From: a virus
Virus record (IMG/VR): IMGVR_UViG_3300030107_002332
DNA length: 64,000 nucleotides
Strand: one strand, 5' to 3'
Part shown: piece after piece, positions 19,926-29,365 of the stretch
Numbering within the stretch: the stretch's first letter is position 1
Layout of the letters: each line of letters begins with the position of its first letter
Translations under genes and position numbers: made by a program
The notes under the pieces: generated by a model
The model's input: only the letters and a program-made list of their open reading frames with translations
The model's database searches: none
Told to the model about the DNA's origin: nothing

Positions 19926-19980
19926 ATTATATATCACACTTATTGCGAATAAATGATACACTATTGAGAATGGATCTCAT
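19926..19980 (-). promoter_or_regulatory. petF promoter: -10 TATAAT with paired upstream repeats
   Basis: TATAAT at 19931-19926; TATTG(C/A)GAAT at 19941 and 19962. Confidence 0.5.
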
Positions 19981-20139
19981 CTACTCTTGCAACAAACTTC
20001 CAGTTCGAGTTCTTGCTGCAACAAACATATTCTCTATCTCAAGAACATAGTTGCTATTAATAAGGACACGCTTTGTTTCCGTTACTTCTTCCGAATAAAA
20101 TTTCGGAGGTTGAGGGTCATGTAAGTTATCTCCAGACAT
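19981..20139 (-). CDS. Small hypothetical protein
   Basis: MSGDNLHDPQPPKFY...; internal ATG preferred over TTG 20190. Confidence 0.55.
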   Translation of the reverse strand: MSGDNLHDPQPPKFYSEEVTETKRVLINSNYVLEIENMFVAARTRTGSLLQE

Positions 20140-20219
20140 CTTTGTATTGTTTTGAATTCTACATAGTATTTTATATGGAAATCCTAACAAATGACGTTTA
20201 TTTTATAATATCTTTCGTT

Positions 20220-20351
20220 TTATGCAACGTTGCGTAATTTCTTTAAAAATCTCTTATTACGCTTCTTAATTTGACGCAAACGAGCAGACGCAAGACGAGA
20301 TTTAATATTTCGTCCCTGCTTCCTAGGAGTTTCATGGCGTTTAAGACGCAT
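20220..20351 (-). CDS. Highly basic 43-aa peptide
   Basis: Hand translation MRLKRHETPRKQGRNIKSRLASARLRQIKKRNKRFLKKLRNVA; CATAAATA late-like promoter upstream. Confidence 0.6.
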   Translation of the reverse strand: MRLKRHETPRKQGRNIKSRLASARLRQIKKRNKRFLKKLRNVA

Positions 20352-20386
20352 CGGTCTGCCTGTTTACTATGGTGAGTATAGGATAT

Positions 20387-20632
20387 TTATGCTACTTTGT
20401 CAACTTTTGCTTCTTCTGGAGTAGACTCCATAAATTCTTTCTTAAACTCTTCCACCTGTGAAATTACCTCTTGATCTATTGGAGGTCCATGTTGTAAAAG
20501 AGGTGATAATAGTACTGTACATCCATCTGGACGCTTAATTCTCCATACAGTACGATTCCTTTCACACATGGTAATGAGAAAGGGTAAGTTACTTTGTGCT
20601 TCTTCTTCGGTTATATCTTGTATATCGGTCAT
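20387..20632 (-). CDS. Hypothetical protein
   Basis: 81-aa ORF, coupled to upstream gene. Confidence 0.65.
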   Translation of the reverse strand: MTDIQDITEEEAQSNLPFLITMCERNRTVWRIKRPDGCTVLLSPLLQHGPPIDQEVISQVEEFKKEFMESTPEEAKVDKVA

Positions 20633-20871
20633 TGGATAACTGCCTCCTCGACAATATAGGTAACCTCCACACCGTAAGGAAGTACCTGCTTGATTAAATC
20701 TACTGTCTCAGCAAATCCCTGAGATCCTTCATCATCCCATTTCCATTTAATTATCTTATTGTCACCTTCATCCGAGATCAGAGTAATCTGTCTCTTAGAG
20801 AAATTAACAATGACTTCTTCAAGAGCTTCGTCATCCATAGGAACCTCGTTTATATACTCATCATACCACAA
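20629..20871 (-). CDS. Hypothetical protein
   Basis: 80-aa acidic ORF downstream of gp5. Confidence 0.6.
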   Translation of the reverse strand: MWYDEYINEVPMDDEALEEVIVNFSKRQITLISDEGDNKIIKWKWDDEGSQGFAETVDLIKQVLPYGVEVTYIVEEAVIQ

Positions 20872-20889
20872 GTCGATCAGGATGTCAAC

Positions 20890-23451
20890 CTAATTCAAGA
20901 AGATAGTTGCAGCAGTCAGTTTCATAACTGCCCCTGCAGTTAGATTCATAGCAGCACCCGCTTTTATAGACGCTGCTGCAGATGCTTGCATGTAAATTAA
21001 TCCAGCAGCAACATTAACGTTATATGCACCTGTAAGTACATTCATATTATATCCAGTAACACCACATGTAGCAGAAATTGGTCCAGAAGGATTCCTTATA
21101 ACATGCCTTGGAATAGCATCAGTTGCAGATCCAGCAGGAAGCATTGTTGTAACATCAGATCCTCCAATAAATCTTCTAATACCAGATACAGCAGCAGGTC
21201 CCATTGGAGGGAAGTTAATCATCTCATAAAGACTAGTTGCAAACAATTCAATAGAGTTGTCACCAGCAATCAATATTTCTCCACCAGCATATTTCTGTAC
21301 TGTTGAGGAACATTCCATTGAACTACCAGTGATCTTAGTAGACTGTGAACCAATATCAAGTTCTGCTCCTTGGAAGGTTATCTTAGCACCTGCGGAAGCA
21401 ATATCTACATCAGAACCAAAGTTGATTGTATGCTTTTGAATCTTAGTATTCTTCTTATCACCTTTTCTATCAACTGACTTAGGTGCACCCTGAGCATTCA
21501 TAAAGAAACCACCACCAACATCCAAATGACAATCACCAGTAACTTTAAGGAAATAGTCACCATGAACTGTTTCTACCTTATCCTTCTCAATGTTTATACA
21601 ATCATCACCTTTAACATCCTGTGTACGATTACCTGCCCAAGTAATATGGTCAGCAACTAAGTTACCTCTATCACCTGAATTAGTCTTACCATTAGTTTTA
21701 GTATATGCTTCTTTAGTTTTCTTAATTAATGAATTTCTTACAGCAGTAGTCAGTCTTTCACCTATCTTCTCCTCTTCCTCTCTAATCTTTTTCTTTGCTG
21801 CTGCTTCTGCTCTCTTACTGTTATTACTATTAACAGAGAAGTGAGTTGAACCACTAGCTAGTCTCTTCTGAGTAATCTGACCACCTGGATTACCTATGTG
21901 TAAATCATAAGCACCATCTAAGAAAGTTTTTGCAGCAGTTAGATAAGGATCTGCCTCTTTTATAAGAGTATCAAAAAGACTACCACTCTCTTTAGCTTTA
22001 CCACCACTACATGATGGTCTACCACCACCTTTTATATTATCAATATTTGCTAATTCTTCTGGTGTACAATGTGTTACACCTAATAATGGATACCAACCAA
22101 CAGTATCATTACCACCATCAGGTTTTCTTCCACAATCACTTGCAAGGAATCCAATAATCATTGAAATGATTCCTGTTATACTTGCTTTACCATTCTTAAT
22201 AAGGTCAAACCCTTCAGCAAATATTTCAGAACCTTTTTGCCATGTATCAATAATCTCCTTTGCTTTACCTACACTATCAACAATACCCTTAACCTTATTA
22301 ACAACACTAAGAATGCTATCGATCATTGACTGAACGTTACATACAATACTATCAATAGTATCTTGAACGCTTTGTACAACAAATGCTACCTTATCAATTA
22401 CACCCTGAAGCATAGAATTCAACTTCTCTTGAATCATTGCCATAGGATCTGCTATCCAAGACAAGATATTAGAGTCAAGCATACACAAAGCTTTTAGTAT
22501 CATTTGTACTGCTGTCTTAATGATACCGAATATCACCATCGGTGCACCAGTCTTCGACCCAAGAATACTCACAAGTTTTAGTTGATCTGCCAGATTAGCT
22601 AATGCCTGACGCATTGCAGATACAACTTGAGCAAATATAGCACCCAAGAAATTCTGAATCTTAACTGTAAGTTCCTTTGCTTGTACTAATTTACCACTAA
22701 CAACATCAATAAAATCACCATCCTCACCCTTAATTAAAGTACCAGCACTATCAGCAAGATCTTCTACAAGATAATTTAACTGATACTCCATCGTCTTCCA
22801 AGGTCCACCTACACCATTAGCAGCAGGTCTTGGTTGTGATGATAATTTTGGTGCTATGTTACCCAGACCTTTATTGGATATATTGTTAGGACTCGCAGGA
22901 CCATTAGGTTCCGCTTCATTAAAATCAATATTGACACTACTATTACTATCACCCTTATGATAACCTTCTGCTTCAGTTTCTGCTAAGGACTCGTTTGGAT
23001 ATAATGGATGTGTTGCAGCAGGAGTAGGTGCAATTCCTGGTTCCATCCTCTTACCAGTAAAGGCAAATTTCTTATCTGTCTTAGTCTTATCAGACTTCTG
23101 AACTCTTAATACACCAATGACAATAGGCATTTGAGCACTATCACCATCCATAAAAAATCCCATGACAATAGCACCTGGTTGTAATTGACCAGATGATTCA
23201 CCTTGCTTATCATTACCCGCTTGTGCGGTATGTTGCATTACAGTAGCCCAAGGAAGATACTTAGTAGGAAGATCTGCTGTAGTACCACCTCGTACGTTGG
23301 TATAATATCCCAACACACGACACTTAACCCTACCTAACTTCATAGGATCTTCGTGGTCTTCTACTTCACCAACCCACCAGTAAAATCCGTCCTTTCCAAC
23401 GAAATTAATCGACGGTTCTGAGGTTATGCCATCAATGGTGTCAATTGCCAT
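20890..23451 (-). CDS. gp5: Baseplate hub/tail spike protein, T4 gp5-like (no lysozyme domain evident)
   Basis: WWVGEVED..DP..LGRVKCRVLG and VMGFFMDG..QMP OB-fold; beta-helix-like C-terminus. Confidence 0.88.
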   Translation of the reverse strand: MAIDTIDGITSEPSINFVGKDGFYWWVGEVEDHEDPMKLGRVKCRVLGYYTNVRGGTTADLPTKYLPWATVMQHTAQAGNDKQGESSGQLQPGAIVMGFFMDGDSAQMPIVIGVLRVQKSDKTKTDKKFAFTGKRMEPGIAPTPAATHPLYPNESLAETEAEGYHKGDSNSSVNIDFNEAEPNGPASPNNISNKGLGNIAPKLSSQPRPAANGVGGPWKTMEYQLNYLVEDLADSAGTLIKGEDGDFIDVVSGKLVQAKELTVKIQNFLGAIFAQVVSAMRQALANLADQLKLVSILGSKTGAPMVIFGIIKTAVQMILKALCMLDSNILSWIADPMAMIQEKLNSMLQGVIDKVAFVVQSVQDTIDSIVCNVQSMIDSILSVVNKVKGIVDSVGKAKEIIDTWQKGSEIFAEGFDLIKNGKASITGIISMIIGFLASDCGRKPDGGNDTVGWYPLLGVTHCTPEELANIDNIKGGGRPSCSGGKAKESGSLFDTLIKEADPYLTAAKTFLDGAYDLHIGNPGGQITQKRLASGSTHFSVNSNNSKRAEAAAKKKIREEEEKIGERLTTAVRNSLIKKTKEAYTKTNGKTNSGDRGNLVADHITWAGNRTQDVKGDDCINIEKDKVETVHGDYFLKVTGDCHLDVGGGFFMNAQGAPKSVDRKGDKKNTKIQKHTINFGSDVDIASAGAKITFQGAELDIGSQSTKITGSSMECSSTVQKYAGGEILIAGDNSIELFATSLYEMINFPPMGPAAVSGIRRFIGGSDVTTMLPAGSATDAIPRHVIRNPSGPISATCGVTGYNMNVLTGAYNVNVAAGLIYMQASAAASIKAGAAMNLTAGAVMKLTAATIFLN

Positions 23452-23476
23452 ATTATTATTGTACCTTATGTTTTAT

Positions 23477-23947
23477 TTATGTGACACGAACAAACTTGTA
23501 TGTTCCATCATCACCCCAAAGGACATTGCCCTCAGAATCTGTTGACTTATCCTTAGTGAATAGTTTATTACCATAAAGATGTAATTCAGCATGAACATTA
23601 GTTTCTTCTCCATCCTGATCTATTTTACTATCAAATGATCCAGTCCACTTAGTACCATCCCACCCCAGTCTCATATCACAATTATCAAGTCTTTTCCAAT
23701 TAGTATATGTTCCACCGTGATGTTCAAGAACTACTTCTACGTCAGATACTATTACTAGTTTCTTCTGTACCTCAAGATAAGGATCAGGTTCATCTCTATA
23801 ATGATACGCAGCATGATATAATCCCAATCCTCTACCAGGTTTCCTTGTCCAATGTAAAGTTACCTGTCTAAACCCAGTAGGATTTGACTGTGCCTGAGAT
23901 TTATTACTCCAAGTGCCCAGAAGAAATGCTTGAAAATATTCACTCAT
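23477..23947 (-). CDS. cpeT: CpeT/CpcT-like bilin lyase
   Basis: GTWSNKSQAQSNP, PYLEV, WG...G.YKFVR motifs. Confidence 0.75.
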   Translation of the reverse strand: MSEYFQAFLLGTWSNKSQAQSNPTGFRQVTLHWTRKPGRGLGLYHAAYHYRDEPDPYLEVQKKLVIVSDVEVVLEHHGGTYTNWKRLDNCDMRLGWDGTKWTGSFDSKIDQDGEETNVHAELHLYGNKLFTKDKSTDSEGNVLWGDDGTYKFVRVT

Positions 23948-24600
23948 ACCATTTTACTCACTCTCTGATCAAAATCATACATTATGTTGATTGACATTAT
24001 ATATCTATCTTCATCAGAATGATTGGTCTCTGTCTTATGCTTTAACCAACCAGGAAATAATAACACATCATTAGTCTCTACATCAACAGTATGCCACTTT
24101 AATCCAAGACTATCATAGTTACCATGCATAGGTTCAGCACACTTGTATATCTGCATTGGATTTTCTATCAATAAATTTCCACCTTTAGGTGGTACATTTA
24201 GATAGCATGATACAGCAACAATAGCTCTATTGTGCATGTGTTCTGCAGTCCATCCTCCTTTGGGATGTACATTAACCCATGACTCTGAAATATAATTCTT
24301 TACTCTTGGTTCAAGTCTCCAAGTTTCCCATATCTCTCCAATACGAGACGGCAACCACCCCTGCACAAAATCTCGGAACTCTGTCCAAGTGTGAGGAGGA
24401 TGGTATTGAGTACCCATAAGAACAACACTAGTCTCCGCACCATCTCTCATAAGAGGTTGCGGGACATTATATTGTGTTGTAATATCCTTTGCTATCTTAA
24501 GATTATCGACTATCTTCTGCTTATTCTTTTGAAATTCAAAATCATACTTCCCTTTAAAGATATAGGGAGCAGGATTAACATAATCTAACATAAACTTCAA
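23944..24600 (-). CDS. 2OG-Fe(II) oxygenase-like protein
   Basis: SWVN, EHMH, LLFPGWLKH, RYIMSIN. Confidence 0.8.
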   Translation of the reverse strand: MKFMLDYVNPAPYIFKGKYDFEFQKNKQKIVDNLKIAKDITTQYNVPQPLMRDGAETSVVLMGTQYHPPHTWTEFRDFVQGWLPSRIGEIWETWRLEPRVKNYISESWVNVHPKGGWTAEHMHNRAIVAVSCYLNVPPKGGNLLIENPMQIYKCAEPMHGNYDSLGLKWHTVDVETNDVLLFPGWLKHKTETNHSDEDRYIMSINIMYDFDQRVSKMV

Positions 24601-24836
24601 TCATCATAAACTAAACATTCTGGTTCGTCTGGATTCTGGTCGCAGAATAGTTCTAAGCAGTTAGGATCATGATGATCTCCTGCTACGATCTCGTCATGAT
24701 GATGCTCTTCATACTCAATAAGATCATGTAATTCTTCTTTTATATGCCTACGTGCTGCAGGATTGAGTTGAGGATCATCAAGGAGCTCTTTATCGTGCTC
24801 AATATGTTGTTCGATTGTTGTCATAGTTTTCTCCAA
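24597..24836 (-). CDS. cp12: CP12-like Calvin cycle inhibitor
   Basis: C-terminal FCDQNPDEPECLVYDD. Confidence 0.85.
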   Translation of the reverse strand: MEKTMTTIEQHIEHDKELLDDPQLNPAARRHIKEELHDLIEYEEHHHDEIVAGDHHDPNCLELFCDQNPDEPECLVYDD

Positions 24837-24855
24837 CTATACCATAATATTTAGG

Positions 24856-26340
24856 TCAATCAACTACTGAATCAGGTTTTCCATATATTGTATCCTTAAC
24901 AAGGAGCATTTTAGTGACGTACCGTAGATTCATGTCTTGTGACTCATGTGCTAATGAAGCTATAATATAGCGTCCGCTATACTTTTTGTCAACCGCAATA
25001 GTATCACCAACTTTACCTGTTGCAGGAATAGTAACATAAACACCATAACCTACATATAGATCCAGATTACCAGGTACAGTAATCTCTAATCTAATATTCT
25101 TCAAAGATTCAATACGCATCCATTGATATGCTTGCAACTCAACGAGTTGTTCATAATTCTTTTGAGGATTCTTCTTAAACTTAGGATCAAATATCTGATT
25201 AGGTAATGCAGTATACCGTATTCTCTTAGGATAGTCAAGCAAATTCCGAATACCTTTATCCATTAGAATCATTGGATTCTTATCTTTAGTAGTTCCAAGG
25301 TGAGACATCTTTGGCCATATCTCTTTATTACTATACCTATAGGTATCAGCAGATATATCCTGACTAACATCAGTTCCTACCTTAGAGTTACCAAGTGTAG
25401 TTGGATCAAAACCTATACTATATCCAGACCAAGTACCATGCCTTAATCCCATAAGATAACTTCTTTCATCAGGAAAAACAACAGATTTAATTTTCCATTG
25501 ATCTTGATCACCATCATCTATACTCTTAGGAACATATTCATAAACATGTAGTTGTGCATCACCAGTAGAAAAATTAGTCTCTGCCTCTGCAGATTGATCG
25601 TTAACCTTCTCAATCATACCATCTATAGACTTAAAATGATATCCCAAGGCATTTTCAAAGAACGCATATGCATTCTGCAATGTCCCACCTTTCTTTGCCT
25701 TACGAATAGTACGCTGACCTATCCAATAGATAAGATCAAATGGTCTCCAGTTTGATGCTATAAATTGATGATTATTAATAGACTCATTTTCATCAGTAAA
25801 TACTTTCTTCTTTGAGTAAATATAATCTTTACCTGTCAATAACTTTTTAACAATAGCCTCTGCCTTAGTACCAGTTTGTGTAGCTAAGTATGCTGTCTTT
25901 TTACTTAAATCCTTTCTCTTACCAAAAATTACTTCACTATGACCAAATATATTAACAGTCTCATTCTTTAAAAATTCATCAGTAGTAGCCTGAACTATAA
26001 AGATATCAGACAATTGGTTAGATCGTGAACGATCTTGTATATCATAAGTTCTAAAGAAATAACTCCTATCTAACATTTGACTTCTAATATCCAACCTCCA
26101 CATCTCAGATCCTGTCAAAACAGCTTGAAGACCTAATGAATCTCTAATAGCAAAACTTGCTTGAATAGCACCATGAGTAATACTTGTATATACTTCCCAA
26201 CCACCTAAAAATTCATTAAAATTCCAATTACCATCAACTTCAACACGCTTACCATCCCTATAAATTGAGAGGGCAAGTTCAACTTCACCTACCTGATTAG
26301 GTTTAAGAGACCCTCTTCTATTTTGAACAGCACTACTCAT
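24856..26340 (-). CDS. Baseplate hub protein (gp27-like by position)
   Basis: 494 aa; YAFFEN..GYHFKSID and ITVPGNL..VG motifs of hub proteins; synteny. Confidence 0.6.
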   Translation of the reverse strand: MSSAVQNRRGSLKPNQVGEVELALSIYRDGKRVEVDGNWNFNEFLGGWEVYTSITHGAIQASFAIRDSLGLQAVLTGSEMWRLDIRSQMLDRSYFFRTYDIQDRSRSNQLSDIFIVQATTDEFLKNETVNIFGHSEVIFGKRKDLSKKTAYLATQTGTKAEAIVKKLLTGKDYIYSKKKVFTDENESINNHQFIASNWRPFDLIYWIGQRTIRKAKKGGTLQNAYAFFENALGYHFKSIDGMIEKVNDQSAEAETNFSTGDAQLHVYEYVPKSIDDGDQDQWKIKSVVFPDERSYLMGLRHGTWSGYSIGFDPTTLGNSKVGTDVSQDISADTYRYSNKEIWPKMSHLGTTKDKNPMILMDKGIRNLLDYPKRIRYTALPNQIFDPKFKKNPQKNYEQLVELQAYQWMRIESLKNIRLEITVPGNLDLYVGYGVYVTIPATGKVGDTIAVDKKYSGRYIIASLAHESQDMNLRYVTKMLLVKDTIYGKPDSVVD

Positions 26341-29336
26341 GAGAATAAACCTTTCAAAGGATTACTAAAAGAATTTAGCATACTAACTGCTGTGCCCCAT
26401 ATACCACGATTACCAGCACTTCCACCTCCTCTTGATCTTCCACCACCACCTCCACCAACTATTCTTGGTTGATTTGCACTAGCAAGAACTGTCTGAGCCT
26501 GAGCATTAGCTTGTTGTGCCCAACTACGACTCTGTGAATTTTGTTTTTCAACTGCTGCTAATGCTTCTTGGACAATTGCTAATGTCCTCTTATTCATTTG
26601 CATCCTTGCTTTATTTCTTTCTTCTGATGCTTTCTTAATTCCTCTAGCATCAGATGTTCTATTAATAGTAACACTTGGTTGACCTGTTTTTCCCCTTGGT
26701 AAATTAGGAACAGTATTATTATTCATTGAGTCAATTTGTCCATCATTTTCCCTTCCACTAATGTTAGCAGGATTATAAGTAGCACCTGGAGAAGAAGCAT
26801 ACCTTCTATTACTTGTTTCAGTTCCTATTAAATCTGTTGCAGATTTATTACCAGCAGTATTAAATACATGGTTACCAAACTTAGTCCTATTAACATTCTG
26901 GGATGGATCATCCTTAGCACTAACACCTCTAAACCCAGTAGAAGCAAGTAATTTATTGATTGTAGTATCATCATACCCTGCTGCTCTAAGTTGATTCCTA
27001 AACCTTTCTGTATTCAATGCTAAATCTATAGCTTTTTGTGCAGAAGCAAGTTGTCCAGCGGACCATTTGTTATTAATAGAACCATCTCTAGTTGGTTGAT
27101 ATTGATTATCTCCATAAATGATATCTGTAAGACTTTGCCCTGCTGACATAAACAAACCTGGATTACCACCCTGTCTAATAAGTGCTTGTCTCTGTAGAAC
27201 AGATCTTGCTACTAATGCCATTCCAGTCACACCCTCACCTCTTGCCTCAGCAAGTACTAAACTTCTAAGAAGATTCAATTCATTATTAGACATCATTCGT
27301 CCATGATATCCTTCTGCCTTTCTCTTTCCTGGATTCTGCATAAAATTACGCATCATCTGACGTAATCTATCACCACCAGACCCATCAGGATCATTTTTCT
27401 TTAACTTAAATAAATCCCAAACTTCACCAGTACCACCCCAAGCAACAGGACCACGAGCACCTGCAGCTTCTGCTTCTGTCATTACATTCTTACGTGTAAC
27501 ATCCTTTCCTTCCATTCCCCAACCCATACCAACTTTTGCTGCCTCTTGCATCATACCAATTAATTGAGAAGATGTAGGAGGAAATTCTTCCCAACCTTTA
27601 CCACCCATAGCAGCAATACCAAGAGCTATATTACTAGATCTACCTCGTTTCGCTACATCACCATAGTCTATATTCTGTGTCCTCTTACCACTACCTCCAA
27701 ATACCGTATGATACCTACCCTTAGTATTGGAATAGTCACCACCAGTCCAACCCAATGTTAATGTTTTATTACCATCCTTCTTATTATTAGCTAATAATCC
27801 ACCAGCATCACGTTCGAGTCCACCTAAATGGTAACCCATCCTCTTAGCTTCATCAAGACGATTCATCAAAAGATTAGGATTATTTCTTGTAGCCTTAGTA
27901 TCAAAAGGAACAATGTATGCTGAACCGTCACTCTTTCCTCTTGCTACGTACTCAGTACCATGTCCGATAAAATCGATATTGGATCCATCAAGACTAACAG
28001 GATATCCAGACTGAGGTCCACTTATCCATCCTCCTTGAGAGAAATTATTTAAAAATCTACCAAATGCTTTTTTCTGAGTTCTCTGATCTTCAGGAACTCC
28101 CATTTGGATTTCATGAATCTGCTTTTTAAGATTTAAAATTTCACGATTAGTCCTAAGATTATTAAGATTGAAGGTATTCCCTATTAATGACCATAAACTT
28201 TGATCCTTTACTGAATCTGAAAGTTCCTCAATTTTTTCATTTAACTTATTAACAGTCTCTAAATCTTTTTCACTAATCTGTCCTGTTTCTACTTTATAGT
28301 CAAATCCTTCTAAGTTTTTTTCATCAGCACCAGGTATCTTTCTACCTTTCCACTTACCTTCTCCTTTTAATCTGTCTATCTGATTATTAATTTCAGAGAT
28401 CTCATTATTGAGATCCATCCTTCTCCATAATTCATGCCAACCAAGTTTATCACGTTCCGCAATTTTCTTTGCTTTCTCCTCTTCCAGTTGCTTTATAGTA
28501 TTCATTAAACCAACTGCTTCCACATTTTCATCTACTTTATTGGTAGAACTAGACTTAGCCATCCAAGGGAATAACTCAGTTAACCAACCACCAGCAGTGA
28601 ATAATAGTCCAGCAGTAAATAAGAATCCAATAGGACTAGCTGCCAAGGCTGCAAAATCTTTTGCTGCAGCAACAAGACCAGTCTTAACAAACTTTCCTAT
28701 CGCTACTAACTCTGCCTTAGACTTTGCAATTCTAAAAGGATTCAACCACATCATTGGCACTGCCAACGTTGCCCATCCTATTAAAAATTGTGCAAGTCCA
28801 CCCAACCTTTCCATCCAAGTGGCATCATCTCGAAGCATATTATACAGACCATCAAGAGCATTAGTGACACCAAACTTAGCCCAACCAGCAATTGCTTTAA
28901 AGACATGTCCTAATGCTACAAGAAATGTTTCGACCTTTTTCTGATTATTAGGATCAGCAAGCCATTTCATTATCGGAAGGACAACAAAAAGTCCTAATAA
29001 ACCTCCAAGTAAATTAAGTAAAGACTCTAAGAATCCAGGTATCCTACCCTTCTTTATCTTGTTCAGAAAACTGAACATACTTTTCCTCTTTTTAGGAACA
29101 GTATAATCAGGTTTAAATTTTACTCTATTCTTTCTCTCTTGTTCTAACCTTGCAAGGTTAGTCTTCTTAATATCAACTACAACACCTGCAATAGAATTAA
29201 CCGTCTTACCAAGATTATTGACTGCAGCAACATTAGACACCATAGTCCTAACCATAGGATTAGACTTGGTTGAAGTAGCACCCGAAGGTACAAACTTATA
29301 CAGATCAATTTTAGAACTTTTCTTTACAGTTGCCAT
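26337..29336 (-). CDS. Tape-measure/hub-like protein with cell-wall hydrolase (SleB-like) and amidase-like domains
   Basis: Helical/hydrophobic N-half; LVLAEARGE...V...ADNQY-like DNQYQP...FGNHVF SleB-type motifs. Confidence 0.65.
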   Translation of the reverse strand: MATVKKSSKIDLYKFVPSGATSTKSNPMVRTMVSNVAAVNNLGKTVNSIAGVVVDIKKTNLARLEQERKNRVKFKPDYTVPKKRKSMFSFLNKIKKGRIPGFLESLLNLLGGLLGLFVVLPIMKWLADPNNQKKVETFLVALGHVFKAIAGWAKFGVTNALDGLYNMLRDDATWMERLGGLAQFLIGWATLAVPMMWLNPFRIAKSKAELVAIGKFVKTGLVAAAKDFAALAASPIGFLFTAGLLFTAGGWLTELFPWMAKSSSTNKVDENVEAVGLMNTIKQLEEEKAKKIAERDKLGWHELWRRMDLNNEISEINNQIDRLKGEGKWKGRKIPGADEKNLEGFDYKVETGQISEKDLETVNKLNEKIEELSDSVKDQSLWSLIGNTFNLNNLRTNREILNLKKQIHEIQMGVPEDQRTQKKAFGRFLNNFSQGGWISGPQSGYPVSLDGSNIDFIGHGTEYVARGKSDGSAYIVPFDTKATRNNPNLLMNRLDEAKRMGYHLGGLERDAGGLLANNKKDGNKTLTLGWTGGDYSNTKGRYHTVFGGSGKRTQNIDYGDVAKRGRSSNIALGIAAMGGKGWEEFPPTSSQLIGMMQEAAKVGMGWGMEGKDVTRKNVMTEAEAAGARGPVAWGGTGEVWDLFKLKKNDPDGSGGDRLRQMMRNFMQNPGKRKAEGYHGRMMSNNELNLLRSLVLAEARGEGVTGMALVARSVLQRQALIRQGGNPGLFMSAGQSLTDIIYGDNQYQPTRDGSINNKWSAGQLASAQKAIDLALNTERFRNQLRAAGYDDTTINKLLASTGFRGVSAKDDPSQNVNRTKFGNHVFNTAGNKSATDLIGTETSNRRYASSPGATYNPANISGRENDGQIDSMNNNTVPNLPRGKTGQPSVTINRTSDARGIKKASEERNKARMQMNKRTLAIVQEALAAVEKQNSQSRSWAQQANAQAQTVLASANQPRIVGGGGGGRSRGGGSAGNRGIWGTAVSMLNSFSNPLKGLFS

Positions 29337-29365
29337 TAATGATTACAGCTCCACAAGGTTATTTA

